Source: a virus. From it: 64,000 nt of DNA. Under the pieces are notes generated by a model, which did not search any database, was not told the origin of the DNA, and saw only the letters and a program-made list of their open reading frames with translations. The translations under genes and the position numbers were made by a program. Where the stretch lies: the IMG/VR virus record IMGVR_UViG_3300029319_007985, positions 64,001-128,000 of that record. The stretch is one strand, 5' to 3'. Every line of letters starts with the position of its first letter. The stretch's first letter is position 1. This document shows positions 19,301-29,489 of the stretch, one piece after another.

Positions 19301-19926
19301 TACAGGCCTTTGCAATTAAATTAAAGGCACCTGTCGCAAACGAAAGTATAGTAGACTCTTGGGCAGAATCAACATTCACCGGAGCACACTATATTGTTGT
19401 GGCTAAGAAAGATGGAAGCGATGACAGTTCAATTACAGAACTACAAATGGTCACTGATGGCAGTGACTCATACGTGAATGCATCTCCACAGGTATCTACC
19501 ACCAGTGCAAATTTAATTGATTTCAGTGCAGACTACTCTGACAGCACTGCTAGATTAAAGGCATTGCCAACAGATGGCAGTTCAAGTTTCACTTTAAATG
19601 CATACAGAATAAATCTATTGAGAGAGGATGGTAGTTCCACTTCATTGACCACTCTCGATACATTTGATAAAACAGAACAGAGGTCGGTAAAGTATTTGGT
19701 CCAGACCCATAGAACAGATGACGACAAATTTGAATTTTGTGATATTAATGTCACCCATAATGGATCTGACGCTTTTTTAAGTATTTTTGGAAAAGTAGGC
19801 ACCCAGACCACAGATCTTGTCACATTTACAGCAGACGTAAGTGGAGACAATGTAAGACTGAGAGGCGAGGTTGCAGGAACACAAGATCACACAGTAAAAA
19901 TAGTTAAAAGAAACGTAAATATATAA
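16312..19926 (+). CDS. Tail fibre/baseplate-attached protein 2
   Basis: Same anchor; about 29-aa repeats, then tandem AKY...E..V.H.G..A domains. Confidence 0.75.
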   Translation: MTQQQIINVGVTENDGTGDSIQAAGSKINHNFSQLYTDNNIDGNILWQGNKITSNLSNSDIVLTASGTGKIQLAGIKIGGTSMSSDDSTTININENLQVDGSVTATTLVGGGSGLTGASITNVGDLSATGSTLISPSNADLTFSTAGTGRMILGDFIILDDNNFTGSRTNDDINITPNGTGCINFPAIQIKANNINGLRSNDDIVITPAGTGSIVLPAITINDNNIEGKRSNDDINLFASISGAVNVTDITIDSSLRLADNNITALNTNSDININPSGTGLIQISKIDVDDGTIDGTTVGATIPAAGTFSTLSATTFQTTGLTITDNKIVANTSNSDLVLTGSGSGGVLLNGFSLPASDGSSGQILRTDGSKTLSFATSPLILGVTTFADTTQDISFRSTSTIDVNTAIIAHEIVPNSSTPLDKFTSTQFDSVWYHAVTKDQTNNRFGVAKYSLARGTINDGSTIDSVVSQSNLVRTTTHNHITVDTQINGTFTQLDGTGPSAENAFKAYRIGLGDSDSSTSSGNVATIVNADVDSASESLDSWAYASYRGAKYYISAENSDTGEVSNIEALVVHNGSDAFINSYNVVNTGNNDLLSLTAAISGSNVVLSGAALTPNTKVRMYRILLSDNETSSTGDNVSLIGNKTVAASTETVIDHVTSTGTSVGNAAATKTVNSFTVGEYDSALYFVVTKDNVNSGFETGKISLMHNLNDAFLTHSSIVRTDPTDVHPTFDADIVSAGDSTSTVRLRMTDGDGSTVTPANSMAFYRIGLGDSDSTGYVGEITLVNDITVTNIIDSSTATLDAFTHGSHVGAKYFISVNNQSTGEVGNIEALVTHDGTNAYITTYNESFSGNNSLISLSAVISGTSVILRGSATAGGSTKVIVNRVVAFGDSESNEANSDSTRKIIGNVIVSSSATTFDSFSSDDVDAAHYVITGQKGSDENFICEAMVVTDGSNVFVSQGPNVSTKENDMLEITATISGGTVSVKASSTSGASTVQAFAIKLKAPVANESIVDSWAESTFTGAHYIVVAKKDGSDDSSITELQMVTDGSDSYVNASPQVSTTSANLIDFSADYSDSTARLKALPTDGSSSFTLNAYRINLLREDGSSTSLTTLDTFDKTEQRSVKYLVQTHRTDDDKFEFCDINVTHNGSDAFLSIFGKVGTQTTDLVTFTADVSGDNVRLRGEVAGTQDHTVKIVKRNVNI

Positions 19927-19927
19927 A

Positions 19928-21403
19928 ATGGCACAACAAATTTTAAATGTAGGTACAACAGCAAACGACGGAACAGGTGATACATTGCGTGAAGCAATGA
20001 TCAAAACCAACGAAAATTTCAACGAACTTTATGCATCACCACTGTTGGCTAGTGGTATTTCTGTAAGTGGCAATGAAATTATTGCATCAAGATCAAATGA
20101 TGATTTAATTTTACAAGCCGCCGGTACGGGAAGTATTGTGGCAGGTGCATTGAGTTTCAAAGGCACTAGTATCAGTTCAACTGACTCAACCATAGTAAAT
20201 GTTAATGAAGGATTAGTGGTGGACGGCACGTTAACTGCTACCAGTTTTACAGGTGATGGAAGTGCAATCACAGGCTTGAGTGCTACTGCACTTGGAGATT
20301 TATCTGTGGTTGGATCCACTATAATTGCACCTTCTAATGCTGATATAACATTCGCTCCGGCTGGAACAGGAGCCATTGTGTTTCCTGCTATCACAATCAA
20401 TGATAACAATATAACTGCAACAAGGTCAAACGATAATATCAATTTCACTCCGTCCGGAACAGGATCAATTGTGTTTCCGGCCATTACAATCAATGACAAC
20501 AACATAAGTGCAACAAGAACCAATGATGACATAGTAATTACTCCCGCTGGCACAGGAAGTATTGTGCTACCTGCGATAACAATAAATGATAACAACATCA
20601 CAGGCACAAGATCGAATGAAGACATCAATATAACACCTTCTGGAACAGGACAAGTTGTAGTTAATAAATTGAAAATAGATGGCAACATAGTAATAGAAGA
20701 CAATGAAATCACGTCAACTGTCACTAACAGTAATATAGTATTCACTCCTGCGGGCACAGGATCAGTTGTCATGTCAAAAGCGGACATTAATGGTGGTTCA
20801 ATTGATGGTACCACAATTGGTGCATCTTCGGAAACAACTGGAGTGTTTACAACTGTTACGGCAAACACCAGTGCAACTATTGACGGAATATCATTGGCTG
20901 ACAATGAAATCTCAGCAACTAGAACAAATGATCCATTGGTGCTATCAGGTAGTGGTTCAGGTGGTGTCACAATCAGTGGATTTACTTTTCCAACGTCAGA
21001 TGGATCCAGCGGACAGTTTTTAAAAACTAACGGTGCAGGTGTTTTGAGTTTTGCCACTGCTGGTGTAACATTAAGTCACAGTGCCATTGCAGATGGAACT
21101 ACAACAGTATCTTCATCCACTGTTTCCAATATTGACACATTTTCAGCGTCTAGTTTTCGAAGTGCAAAATATGTTATTTCTGCCGCCAACACAGAAGATT
21201 CTAGATTTGAAATTTTTGAAGCAAATATAACACACGATGGAACAAATGCTTATGTATCGACTTTTGGGTCAACAACAAGCGGTACAGAACCTTTGGGTAC
21301 TTTCAGTGCAGACATTGATAGTGGAAGTGTAAGGTTAAGAGTAACTTCAATCACAGACGATGATGTTGTATATAAATTCCAAAGAATAGCATTAAACGTA
21401 TAA
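19928..21403 (+). CDS. Tail fibre/baseplate-attached protein 3
   Basis: NDGTGDTLREAMIKTNENFNELY; tandem P.GTG.IV.PAITINDNNI..TR.ND repeats. Confidence 0.75.
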   Translation: MAQQILNVGTTANDGTGDTLREAMIKTNENFNELYASPLLASGISVSGNEIIASRSNDDLILQAAGTGSIVAGALSFKGTSISSTDSTIVNVNEGLVVDGTLTATSFTGDGSAITGLSATALGDLSVVGSTIIAPSNADITFAPAGTGAIVFPAITINDNNITATRSNDNINFTPSGTGSIVFPAITINDNNISATRTNDDIVITPAGTGSIVLPAITINDNNITGTRSNEDINITPSGTGQVVVNKLKIDGNIVIEDNEITSTVTNSNIVFTPAGTGSVVMSKADINGGSIDGTTIGASSETTGVFTTVTANTSATIDGISLADNEISATRTNDPLVLSGSGSGGVTISGFTFPTSDGSSGQFLKTNGAGVLSFATAGVTLSHSAIADGTTTVSSSTVSNIDTFSASSFRSAKYVISAANTEDSRFEIFEANITHDGTNAYVSTFGSTTSGTEPLGTFSADIDSGSVRLRVTSITDDDVVYKFQRIALNV

Positions 21404-21447
21404 TATTTTTACATTAGGTTTATAAAATTTTCAATAAATAACTGCAA

Positions 21448-23253
21448 ATGGCAAGACAAACGATCAATATAGGTACTAATGCAAACGACGGAACAGGTGA
21501 TCCGTTAAGAACAGCATTTGACAAGATTAACGATAATTTTTCTGAATTGTATGCTGATAGTGATGCTTCTACTATTTTAGAACACGACACAGCACCAAAG
21601 TTATCAGCAAATTTAGATGTCAACAATAATCAAATTACGACAGATGTTACTAACGGAAATGTTAGTATTCAACCAAACGGTACAGGAAACGTCACCATAG
21701 CCGCAATACAAGTTCAGGGTACTTCTCTTTCTTCAAGTGATTCAACAGTAATTAACGTAAATGATGGCCTAATTGTTGACGGTACAGCGACAGTGTCAGG
21801 AGCACTTAGTTCAGCAACAAGTTTAGCATTGGCGTCAGGAGCCACTGTCACAGGTATAGCGGACGAAGACGACATGACATCAAATAGTGCAACTCTTCTT
21901 GCAACACAGCAGTCTATCAAGGCATATGTTGACACACAGATCACGGCGGAAGATTTAGATTTCAGTGCAGATGACTCAACTGTGTTATCAATTGATTTGG
22001 ATTCTGAAGTATTACACTTTGCAGGTGGAACAGGTATTAGCACTTCTGTCAGCAACAACACAGTCACACATGCGATCGACACAGGCACGGTAGTAACACT
22101 AACAGATTCACAAACACTCACAAACAAAGTTTTAACATCACCTACAATCAGTTCGCCTACAATAACAGGTGTAACCATTACGACGTCTTTGACAACTAAT
22201 GACATTACAACAAATGGTTCAAATGCCAACCTAACATTAGATCCACAAGGCACAGGAACAATAGAATTAGGTGCGGCAACAAACATTACCGGCAACGTGG
22301 ATGTTACTGGTACGCTGACAACTGATGATATCACAACCGCAGGTAACCATACTTTAACAGGAAACAGCACTATATCAGGAACATTGACAGTACAAGGCAC
22401 TGTAAATGCAGATACATTTATCAGCAACTCAAACGGTGACATAACCATAGATCCTGCAGGTACAGGCGCAATTGTTTTAACAGGTCCAATCACACACGCA
22501 GGTACACAAACCACAACAGGACAAATGAATGTTGACAATATTAGAATTGACGGCAATGCGATCACAGCCACAAATTCAAATGGCGGAATAAACATCACTC
22601 CTGATGGCACTGGTAATATTACACTAGGCGGAAACTATGTGGCAGTGACAAATGAATTAGCGGCGGCTGATGTTGCCGTATCCAGCGAATTACTTTTGGC
22701 CTCAGGTGCACAAATTGTACAAGTTGCAACAAACCAAGATTTAGTGTTAGCAACAAATGGCACAGGAGCAGTTACAACATCCGCACAATTAACTTTGACT
22801 GGATCTTTCAAAAGAGCCATACACACATTTACAGCAACTGACAGTGTCACAGAAACAGAACACGCAGGAAGAACACTTTTACTTGGTGAAGTTGGTGGAA
22901 ATGCCAACGTTGTTTTGACAATGCCTGACGCAACAGGTTCGGGTAACGTGTATGAATTCATAGTCAGTGTTGCAATGGGCGGATCAACAACATACAAAAT
23001 TCAAGCCGCGGACGCCGACAACACGTTCTCAGGCATGATACAATATTTAGATGAAGATGGTACAGCAGTAACGGCATTCCCAACTGTAGCCGCTTCTGAT
23101 ACAATCACACTAAACAGTGGCACACAAGGCGGACTAGTAGGTGACACAGTTACACTTATCGATATTGCCGCTAACAAATACGCAGTAAAAGGCCAAATGC
23201 GAGTATCTGCTGGAGCCAACCCTGCTACTCCATTCTCAGCCGCAGTATCTTAA
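21448..23253 (+). CDS. Tail fibre/baseplate-attached protein 4
   Basis: NDGTGDPLRTAFDKINDNFSELY; distinct C-terminal domain. Confidence 0.75.
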   Translation: MARQTINIGTNANDGTGDPLRTAFDKINDNFSELYADSDASTILEHDTAPKLSANLDVNNNQITTDVTNGNVSIQPNGTGNVTIAAIQVQGTSLSSSDSTVINVNDGLIVDGTATVSGALSSATSLALASGATVTGIADEDDMTSNSATLLATQQSIKAYVDTQITAEDLDFSADDSTVLSIDLDSEVLHFAGGTGISTSVSNNTVTHAIDTGTVVTLTDSQTLTNKVLTSPTISSPTITGVTITTSLTTNDITTNGSNANLTLDPQGTGTIELGAATNITGNVDVTGTLTTDDITTAGNHTLTGNSTISGTLTVQGTVNADTFISNSNGDITIDPAGTGAIVLTGPITHAGTQTTTGQMNVDNIRIDGNAITATNSNGGINITPDGTGNITLGGNYVAVTNELAAADVAVSSELLLASGAQIVQVATNQDLVLATNGTGAVTTSAQLTLTGSFKRAIHTFTATDSVTETEHAGRTLLLGEVGGNANVVLTMPDATGSGNVYEFIVSVAMGGSTTYKIQAADADNTFSGMIQYLDEDGTAVTAFPTVAASDTITLNSGTQGGLVGDTVTLIDIAANKYAVKGQMRVSAGANPATPFSAAVS

Positions 23254-23298
23254 TACTTAAATTCACGATAAATATCATCGTAAAGGAGTAAGTTCAAT

Positions 23299-25851
23299 AT
23301 GGCCTCACCAGTGTGGCAAACCACAGCAGGCTTGTTAGGTGTAATCAACGAGCGTGATTTTTATTCGGTAACACTATCAGCGACTGATAGTGATGGGGAT
23401 TCTTTAACTTATTCCAAAATAGCAGGCACTCTACCAACAGGAATTGAACTTACTTCTGCAGGTGTACTGCAAGGCGTACCAACGGAGGTCTCTACAAGAT
23501 CCCTTTACACTTTTGTTATACGAGTCTCCGATGGTACAAATGTTGCTGACAGAACATTTAGCCTGCAGGTACAAGGTGCTGATGCTCCAGTTTTCGCTAC
23601 CGCGGCCGGAGAACTAAATTTAGCAGACTCCACTCAAGGCAGAGTCAATAGATGGGTGTTGGATGGAAGTTTAGTAAATTTCAGAGTGCAGGCCACAGAC
23701 ACCGACACTGCGGCAGGACAAACACTATTCTATTTTATTCAGGAAGGTGAACTACCACCCGGACTTAAACTTACCAGCGATGGACTTATAACCGGCACTG
23801 TGCTTTTGACAGATGATGAACGATATGGGCCTATTGGTGGATATGACAATTTCTACAAGTACGACGATGTGGGATATGACCCAACAAAATTTTCTACAAG
23901 TATCAGTAAAAACTTTGAGTTTACTATTGGAGTAAGTGACGGAAGCAATGTAACCACGCAAGTAAATTCTATCTTTGTTTTCAGTGCCGACTATTGGTTA
24001 GTCAGCAACAGTCAAATCACTATCGATTCTGACACACTGGCTGGTGATGCCTTGACCATGTCTTCTGCTCCTAACAGGCGTCCTGTTTTTGAAACAGATA
24101 GTAGTTTAGGATCCTTTAGACATGATAACAATGTTGTAATTAAAATTGACGTGGTTGACTTTGATCCATTACAAGGAGACTTGAACTATTCTATACAATC
24201 AGGAAGTTTACCCACAGGCTTATCTATTGACGTCAACACTGGCGAAATATCAGGACAACTGCCAACGCAAAGTGCAGTCTCAGTAGATCACACTTTTACA
24301 GTCAGGGCGAGTAGAATTGACGCGGTATCCGGCGTAACAATTTTTGGTGACAAAGAATTCACTATGACTGTGATCGGAGAGATCGACACAGGTATAAGTT
24401 TTGTGAGTCCAACGAACTTAGGCACAGTTACCGCTGGTATTCCTAGTTTGATTAATATAGAAGCAAGTGCGGTTGCAACCAACAGAGTTTTAGAATACAC
24501 GGTTACGACAGGATCACTTCCGACAGGTTTAACTCTTTCTCGTTCAGGAAATATCATTGGAAAAGTTGATAAAACAGAATTTACTACTGTTGATGATAAT
24601 GAAATTACTTTTGATACTAATAGTCTAAGTTTCGATAGAAAGTACACTTTTACGGTTACTGTTGGTGATCAGTATCAATCACTGGCAACTTCAAAAGAAT
24701 TTACTTTAACTGTTAGTCTACCATATGGGGTTGAGTATGGAAACATGTCTGCTCAAGGTCTCATACCAACTGGTGATAGAGATCTGTTCTACCAAATTGC
24801 ACAAGATCCTAACATTAACAGTAACGAAAATATATTCAGACCAGAAGACAATTTTTTTGGTATCCAAACAAATCCTGAGATGTTATTAATATCTGGACTA
24901 GAGCACAAGACCTTAACAGAATTACAGCAACAAATGGAGCAAAATCATACACCTAAGTCACTATATTTTGGTGAAATAAAAACAGCGGTTGCCAAAGAAA
25001 ATGGCAAGGTCAAATACGAAGTTGTGTATGTTGAAATGAAAGACAATTTAGTAAACAACTCAGGCGAAGCAGTTGCATCGTCTGTGACTTTGAGAACTGA
25101 TATCGTTAGACCATTAATAGGTGGATTGGCGGATGGAAACAGAATAACTGCGGATTATGATGTTTATGATGTTACCACCGATGGTGGCCTCAGTTTTTCT
25201 ATTGCTGGATCTAAAATAAGATATGCAAACCAATTGACAGCGGATACCGGAACTTTTGAAAAATTATTTCCAAACGCTGTGGCAAACATGAGAACCAGAA
25301 TGAAATCGTTAGGCCAAAGAGAATATGTACATCTACCTCTTTGGATGAGGACTAGTCAAGATAATTCTGGCGTTCCACTAGGTTATAAAATGGCAATGGT
25401 ACTTGCCTATTGTAAACCAAACAAGTCAGGTCTAGTAAAAAAACGTATACAAGATAAAACGATTGACTTCAAAAAATTAAATTTTGTAATTGACAGATAT
25501 AAAACTACCATAAACAAAGTTGATACAGGAACATTGACGGCCGATGGATCAACAACACAATTCACTTTGAATGAGATAGTAAATGAAGAAGAAATAAAAG
25601 TCAGAGAGAACGCCGTTGTGTATTCTCATGGCCAGCAGGTCAGGGCAGATAATAATCTATCGCCGAGTTATCTTTCAGCGGATTCGTTACTACGTTCTGC
25701 TGACTATGAACCACAATTTAGCCTGTCACATGACACAACAAACAAAAAGACAACCATTAATTTTACCAACGCTCCGACTGCCACTTCTAAAATAAGAGTG
25801 GAGCGACTTGGAGATAAATATCTAGCGTTTAAAAAGAAACTAAAAGAATAA
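23299..25851 (+). CDS. Baseplate/virion protein with Ig/cadherin-like repeats
   Basis: Repeated G.LP.GL.L...G.I.G motifs; AAGGAG SD; TAAATA at 23269. Confidence 0.75.
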   Translation: MASPVWQTTAGLLGVINERDFYSVTLSATDSDGDSLTYSKIAGTLPTGIELTSAGVLQGVPTEVSTRSLYTFVIRVSDGTNVADRTFSLQVQGADAPVFATAAGELNLADSTQGRVNRWVLDGSLVNFRVQATDTDTAAGQTLFYFIQEGELPPGLKLTSDGLITGTVLLTDDERYGPIGGYDNFYKYDDVGYDPTKFSTSISKNFEFTIGVSDGSNVTTQVNSIFVFSADYWLVSNSQITIDSDTLAGDALTMSSAPNRRPVFETDSSLGSFRHDNNVVIKIDVVDFDPLQGDLNYSIQSGSLPTGLSIDVNTGEISGQLPTQSAVSVDHTFTVRASRIDAVSGVTIFGDKEFTMTVIGEIDTGISFVSPTNLGTVTAGIPSLINIEASAVATNRVLEYTVTTGSLPTGLTLSRSGNIIGKVDKTEFTTVDDNEITFDTNSLSFDRKYTFTVTVGDQYQSLATSKEFTLTVSLPYGVEYGNMSAQGLIPTGDRDLFYQIAQDPNINSNENIFRPEDNFFGIQTNPEMLLISGLEHKTLTELQQQMEQNHTPKSLYFGEIKTAVAKENGKVKYEVVYVEMKDNLVNNSGEAVASSVTLRTDIVRPLIGGLADGNRITADYDVYDVTTDGGLSFSIAGSKIRYANQLTADTGTFEKLFPNAVANMRTRMKSLGQREYVHLPLWMRTSQDNSGVPLGYKMAMVLAYCKPNKSGLVKKRIQDKTIDFKKLNFVIDRYKTTINKVDTGTLTADGSTTQFTLNEIVNEEEIKVRENAVVYSHGQQVRADNNLSPSYLSADSLLRSADYEPQFSLSHDTTNKKTTINFTNAPTATSKIRVERLGDKYLAFKKKLKE

Positions 25852-25852
25852 A

Positions 25853-26416
25853 ATGGCAAGTAATATAGTACCAGGTAATATAGACGGAACTTTCCCAATA
25901 GCAGGACAGGATAACTCATCTCAAGGCTTTAGAGATAATTTCACAGCAACTAAAAATAATTTTACAACTGCTTCGACAGAAATAACTGACTTGCAGGCAA
26001 ATAAGGCATCAACAAACGCGGCGTCAGACTTTGCGGATAATATAGTTTCAAGGATGGCACTAAAAGACACTGCCGAGATGGTTTATGATCATGGCACAGT
26101 ATCAACTGGCACACTGACTCTAAATCACGAAAATGCAAATTTCCAAGTTGCCAATATAACAGGAAACATTACTTTGGCTTTTAGTAATTTTCCAATATCG
26201 GGAAGATTAGGCCGGGTGATTATACTAGCAACTGTTGGTGCAAGTGTATCGGCAATAACAGTGCCTAGTGCAGTAAGAAAAGCAACAAATGTCACTGGAT
26301 CGGATGGCTCTTCAACTACAGTCAATCCTGGTGTTGGCAGATATATGTGGGAGTTCATGACTACCGACGCTGGAACCACTGTGTACATGCATCAATTGGG
26401 TGATTATCACTCATAA
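25853..26416 (+). CDS. Virion structural protein
   Basis: FPIAGQDNSSQGFRDNF; position in structural block. Confidence 0.6.
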   Translation: MASNIVPGNIDGTFPIAGQDNSSQGFRDNFTATKNNFTTASTEITDLQANKASTNAASDFADNIVSRMALKDTAEMVYDHGTVSTGTLTLNHENANFQVANITGNITLAFSNFPISGRLGRVIILATVGASVSAITVPSAVRKATNVTGSDGSSTTVNPGVGRYMWEFMTTDAGTTVYMHQLGDYHS

Positions 26417-26432
26417 CAAATAGGAGGTACCT

Positions 26433-26687
26433 ATGTACTTTCATCCCTTACAAGAAGAATTAGATAACATGTCCGAGGAACAACTCGGAGAAAGAATAAG
26501 AGAACTTACCAAAAAATATACTAGTGCAAGAAGGTTTGGACGTAATCCTGAACTTCAAGGACAACTCCAAAAGGCACTTGCATCATATCAACAAACACTT
26601 CGACAGAAAAGACTCAAAGGTTGGGTCGACAAAAATAAAAAAAATCGAGGTGAACCAGATCTAGGTGAATTGATAAACGTAGAATAA
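26433..26687 (+). CDS. Hypothetical coiled-coil protein
   Basis: AGGAGG SD. Confidence 0.65.
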   Translation: MYFHPLQEELDNMSEEQLGERIRELTKKYTSARRFGRNPELQGQLQKALASYQQTLRQKRLKGWVDKNKKNRGEPDLGELINVE

Positions 26688-26697
26688 TAATTACGTT

Positions 26698-27345
26698 GTG
26701 TCAAAAAAATATTTCAGTTGGAGCACAGGATTTAAAAGTATAATCATCGTAGATGGTGAACTTTTCAATAACGATTATACAATTAAGTTACACATAACTC
26801 CAATAACCACAAACCTACAGGAGCAAGGAGATTATTTTGAAAGATTGAAAATGCTTTTTGAAAATGTTTTAAACAACACTGTAGTCGCTTCAAAAGATGA
26901 AAAACTTTATCAACTCTTAGAAAAAGAAAGCAATAATAGATTTATACAATTACCAAAGCAACCTTATGATCAGTTGATGGCGGCAGTATGCTTTACCAAA
27001 TCAAATGCGGTCATGCAAGGAAAAATCCTTATAAATGAATTAGAACTTAGCAGTTACCAAGGTGATGGTATCACCTACAGAATAGTCAAAGAAGGACCCG
27101 AGATCGAATTGCTAGACGTTGACAATTGGTTTCCAACCAAGTATAATAAATTTGATCCATGGTGGTTAAGATCAGATACAGCAACATATGATAAAATTTT
27201 GGACAAAGGTATCTATACAGGACACTATCGTTGGCACAATCAAGAGACAATTATTGATACGGTTGACAAAGATAGTGCCAATCATGCTAAAATATTTGAG
27301 TTCAATCCAAAGGTTTTAGATGGCGACAAAGGTAAAGATAAATGA
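26698..27345 (+). CDS. Hypothetical phage protein
   Basis: GTG start, 215 aa. Confidence 0.6.
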   Translation: MSKKYFSWSTGFKSIIIVDGELFNNDYTIKLHITPITTNLQEQGDYFERLKMLFENVLNNTVVASKDEKLYQLLEKESNNRFIQLPKQPYDQLMAAVCFTKSNAVMQGKILINELELSSYQGDGITYRIVKEGPEIELLDVDNWFPTKYNKFDPWWLRSDTATYDKILDKGIYTGHYRWHNQETIIDTVDKDSANHAKIFEFNPKVLDGDKGKDK

Positions 27346-27841
27346 TTACGGTGACTGCGAATATAGTGAAGAGGCTATAATCGAACAGATCTATCAAAAT
27401 CCAAAACTAGACATATCTAATTTAAATATAGAATCTAAACTGTACGAACAGGCTCTAGCAAAATTACAAATCGATCTTCCAAAACTACTATCAAAAGTTA
27501 CCCACACTGAAACAATCAGCCAGTTTGACAAAGCACATTACAACGATTGGCACATGCCAGAGTCATACACAAAAATAGATGTAAAAAATTATCTCTTGGA
27601 AAAATGTAAAAATGAGCAAGAGCGTGAAAGGGTAGAAGCAGAATATAAATTATTTGAAACTAAAGGATTCATAAAAGTTTTACAATTTTTGATATATTTT
27701 GTAGACACACTAAGGCACAATAATGTGGTATGGGGTGTTGGCAGAGGCTCCTCAGTAAGCAGTTTTTGTTTGTTCTTAATTGGTGTTCATAAAATCAATC
27801 CATTGATATACGATTTAGATTACACTGAATTTTTGAGATGA
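27320..27841 (+). CDS. Stand-alone DNA polymerase III alpha (DnaE) fragment
   Basis: RVEAE, WGVGRGSSVSS, IGVHKINP, FLR then stop before the DID motif. Confidence 0.8.
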   Translation: MATKVKINDYGDCEYSEEAIIEQIYQNPKLDISNLNIESKLYEQALAKLQIDLPKLLSKVTHTETISQFDKAHYNDWHMPESYTKIDVKNYLLEKCKNEQERERVEAEYKLFETKGFIKVLQFLIYFVDTLRHNNVVWGVGRGSSVSSFCLFLIGVHKINPLIYDLDYTEFLR

Positions 27842-27864
27842 TAAGTAAAATTAAAGGAGACAGT

Positions 27865-28248
27865 ATGCCAATATCTAGAGCACCAAGAAGAAAAATGTAT
27901 AGAACCATGCAGGGCCGTATGGTTGATATAGAAAAATTAAGAGGAGCCAACGAAAACGTTAGAGCAGTTGGTAATATGAAAGTAAATGCTCGTGGTGATG
28001 TGCTTGGTCCTGGTGGTACGGTTGCAAAACAAAAGGAGCAAGTAATGAAAGAATATTATGAAACTCCAAAAGGTAGAGCGATTGATACTCCAAAACTAAA
28101 AACTCCACCAAAACCTAGAATAGAATCTCAACCAGTAAAACCAGTGGCACCTAAGGCCGCACCTAAAATTACAAAAACAGTTGAGTCAAAAAAAACAACT
28201 ACTAAACCAAAGACTGGAATCGACGCCGCACTTGACGGATTGGAATAG
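27865..28248 (+). CDS. Hypothetical basic/Pro-rich protein
   Basis: AAGGAG SD; AVGNMKVNARGD. Confidence 0.65.
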   Translation: MPISRAPRRKMYRTMQGRMVDIEKLRGANENVRAVGNMKVNARGDVLGPGGTVAKQKEQVMKEYYETPKGRAIDTPKLKTPPKPRIESQPVKPVAPKAAPKITKTVESKKTTTKPKTGIDAALDGLE

Positions 28249-28256
28249 TAGGCCCA

Positions 28257-29024
28257 ATGAAATTATTAAATTGTGGATGTAGTTTTGCACATGGCTACAA
28301 TTCAATTCCACTTGATAATTATAACATTTTAAATCAACCTGGACTAATGAGTCCAGGCACCAAAAGAACTACCGCCACCGCTTACAAAAGTGCTGGTTGG
28401 CATCTAGCACAATCAAAAGATATGGAGTATATTGACATTGCACGTAATGGCAACAGCAATGAAGGGATATTAAGAACATTAAGAACTTACATCCATCTTA
28501 ATGACACAAAAGACTTATTCGTTTTGATCGGTTGGACACATGCATTTAGGAGAGAATACATGAGTGTGGTGACAGATAAAAACAAAAATGAATTTACTCA
28601 GTACAGAGAAATTCCAAGTTCTGGATCATTTTTAAATTCATTTGCCCAGGGAAAATCACCAATGATGGTTGAATTTAATGAAAGGAACTTCCGCCCTTTG
28701 GCATATGATGACCATATAGAATATAGACAATACAACATTATGTTGCAGGCACAACAGTTGTTACAACTAAAAAACATACCTTACCTCATGTACAATGCCT
28801 GTGGTAACGAGCATCAAAGCAATGACAGAGAAGTATTACAACTAAAAGATCAAATCGATAAGAAAAATTTTTTTAGATTTACAGGGCCAAGTTTTGATGA
28901 ATATGTTTTAGCCAACAGAATGTATCTTTCCAAAGATGGAGGACATCCTGGTCCAAAAGGACATCAACATCTTGCTGATTTATTAAGACCTAAGTTTGAT
29001 ACAATATTGACAAAAACCAACTAA
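28257..29024 (+). CDS. SGNH-hydrolase-like protein
   Basis: GCSFAHG, ARNGNSN, DGGHP. Confidence 0.55.
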   Translation: MKLLNCGCSFAHGYNSIPLDNYNILNQPGLMSPGTKRTTATAYKSAGWHLAQSKDMEYIDIARNGNSNEGILRTLRTYIHLNDTKDLFVLIGWTHAFRREYMSVVTDKNKNEFTQYREIPSSGSFLNSFAQGKSPMMVEFNERNFRPLAYDDHIEYRQYNIMLQAQQLLQLKNIPYLMYNACGNEHQSNDREVLQLKDQIDKKNFFRFTGPSFDEYVLANRMYLSKDGGHPGPKGHQHLADLLRPKFDTILTKTN

Positions 29025-29035
29025 AATACTATAAT
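29007..29035 (+). promoter_or_regulatory. Sigma70-type promoter for groES-petB
   Basis: TTGACA-N17-TATAAT; ATG follows after 7 nt. Confidence 0.82.
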
Positions 29036-29042
29036 TATAGAC

Positions 29043-29489
29043 ATGGGACAAATAGAAGATTTACAAAATAAAGGTTTTGGCAGTCACGGTGGAAGACAGT
29101 ACACCGTTGAATATGATATTACTCCATTAAAGAAACGTGTTTTGGTAACAAACATGAAATTTGGAGAGATCAAAACTGCCGGGGGAATAATTATACCTGA
29201 CGATGACGGTACCGAATCTGGCATACACCCGCGTTGGGCAGAAGTGTACGCAGTAGGTAGCAAACAGGAAGACGTCAAAGTAGGGCAATGGATATTGGTG
29301 GCTCACGGCAGATGGAGTAGATCTTTCAAAGTTAAAAAGAATGGAAAAGAATTTGAAGTGAGAATGATTGATGAAAATGACATTTTATTAGTTTCTGACG
29401 AAAGACCCGCTGACGAAACATCTAAAAAAGCAGGTTACGTAAACACTGGCGGTATGCAACAAATGACAAGTTTACCGGGAAATGATTAA
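29043..29489 (+). CDS. groES: Co-chaperonin GroES-like
   Basis: [30 protein letters not shown]. Confidence 0.82.
   Translation: MGQIEDLQNKGFGSHGGRQYTVEYDITPLKKRVLVTNMKFGEIKTAGGIIIPDDDGTESGIHPRWAEVYAVGSKQEDVKVGQWILVAHGRWSRSFKVKKNGKEFEVRMIDENDILLVSDERPADETSKKAGYVNTGGMQQMTSLPGND

Noticed and set aside
15172-20650. Repeats as a CRISPR array or DGR template/variable pair
   Set aside because: In-frame coding repeats; no spacer periodicity, no adenine-specific mismatch pattern noticed, no reverse transcriptase or cas gene
14645-23219. Long minus-strand ORFs (321, 243, 342, 298 aa) opposite the tail fibres
   Set aside because: Antisense shadows of codon-biased repetitive genes; no motifs or promoters
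27320-27841. DnaE fragment as pseudogene or split intein
   Set aside because: Clean ORF with no remnant downstream and no intein N-terminal motif
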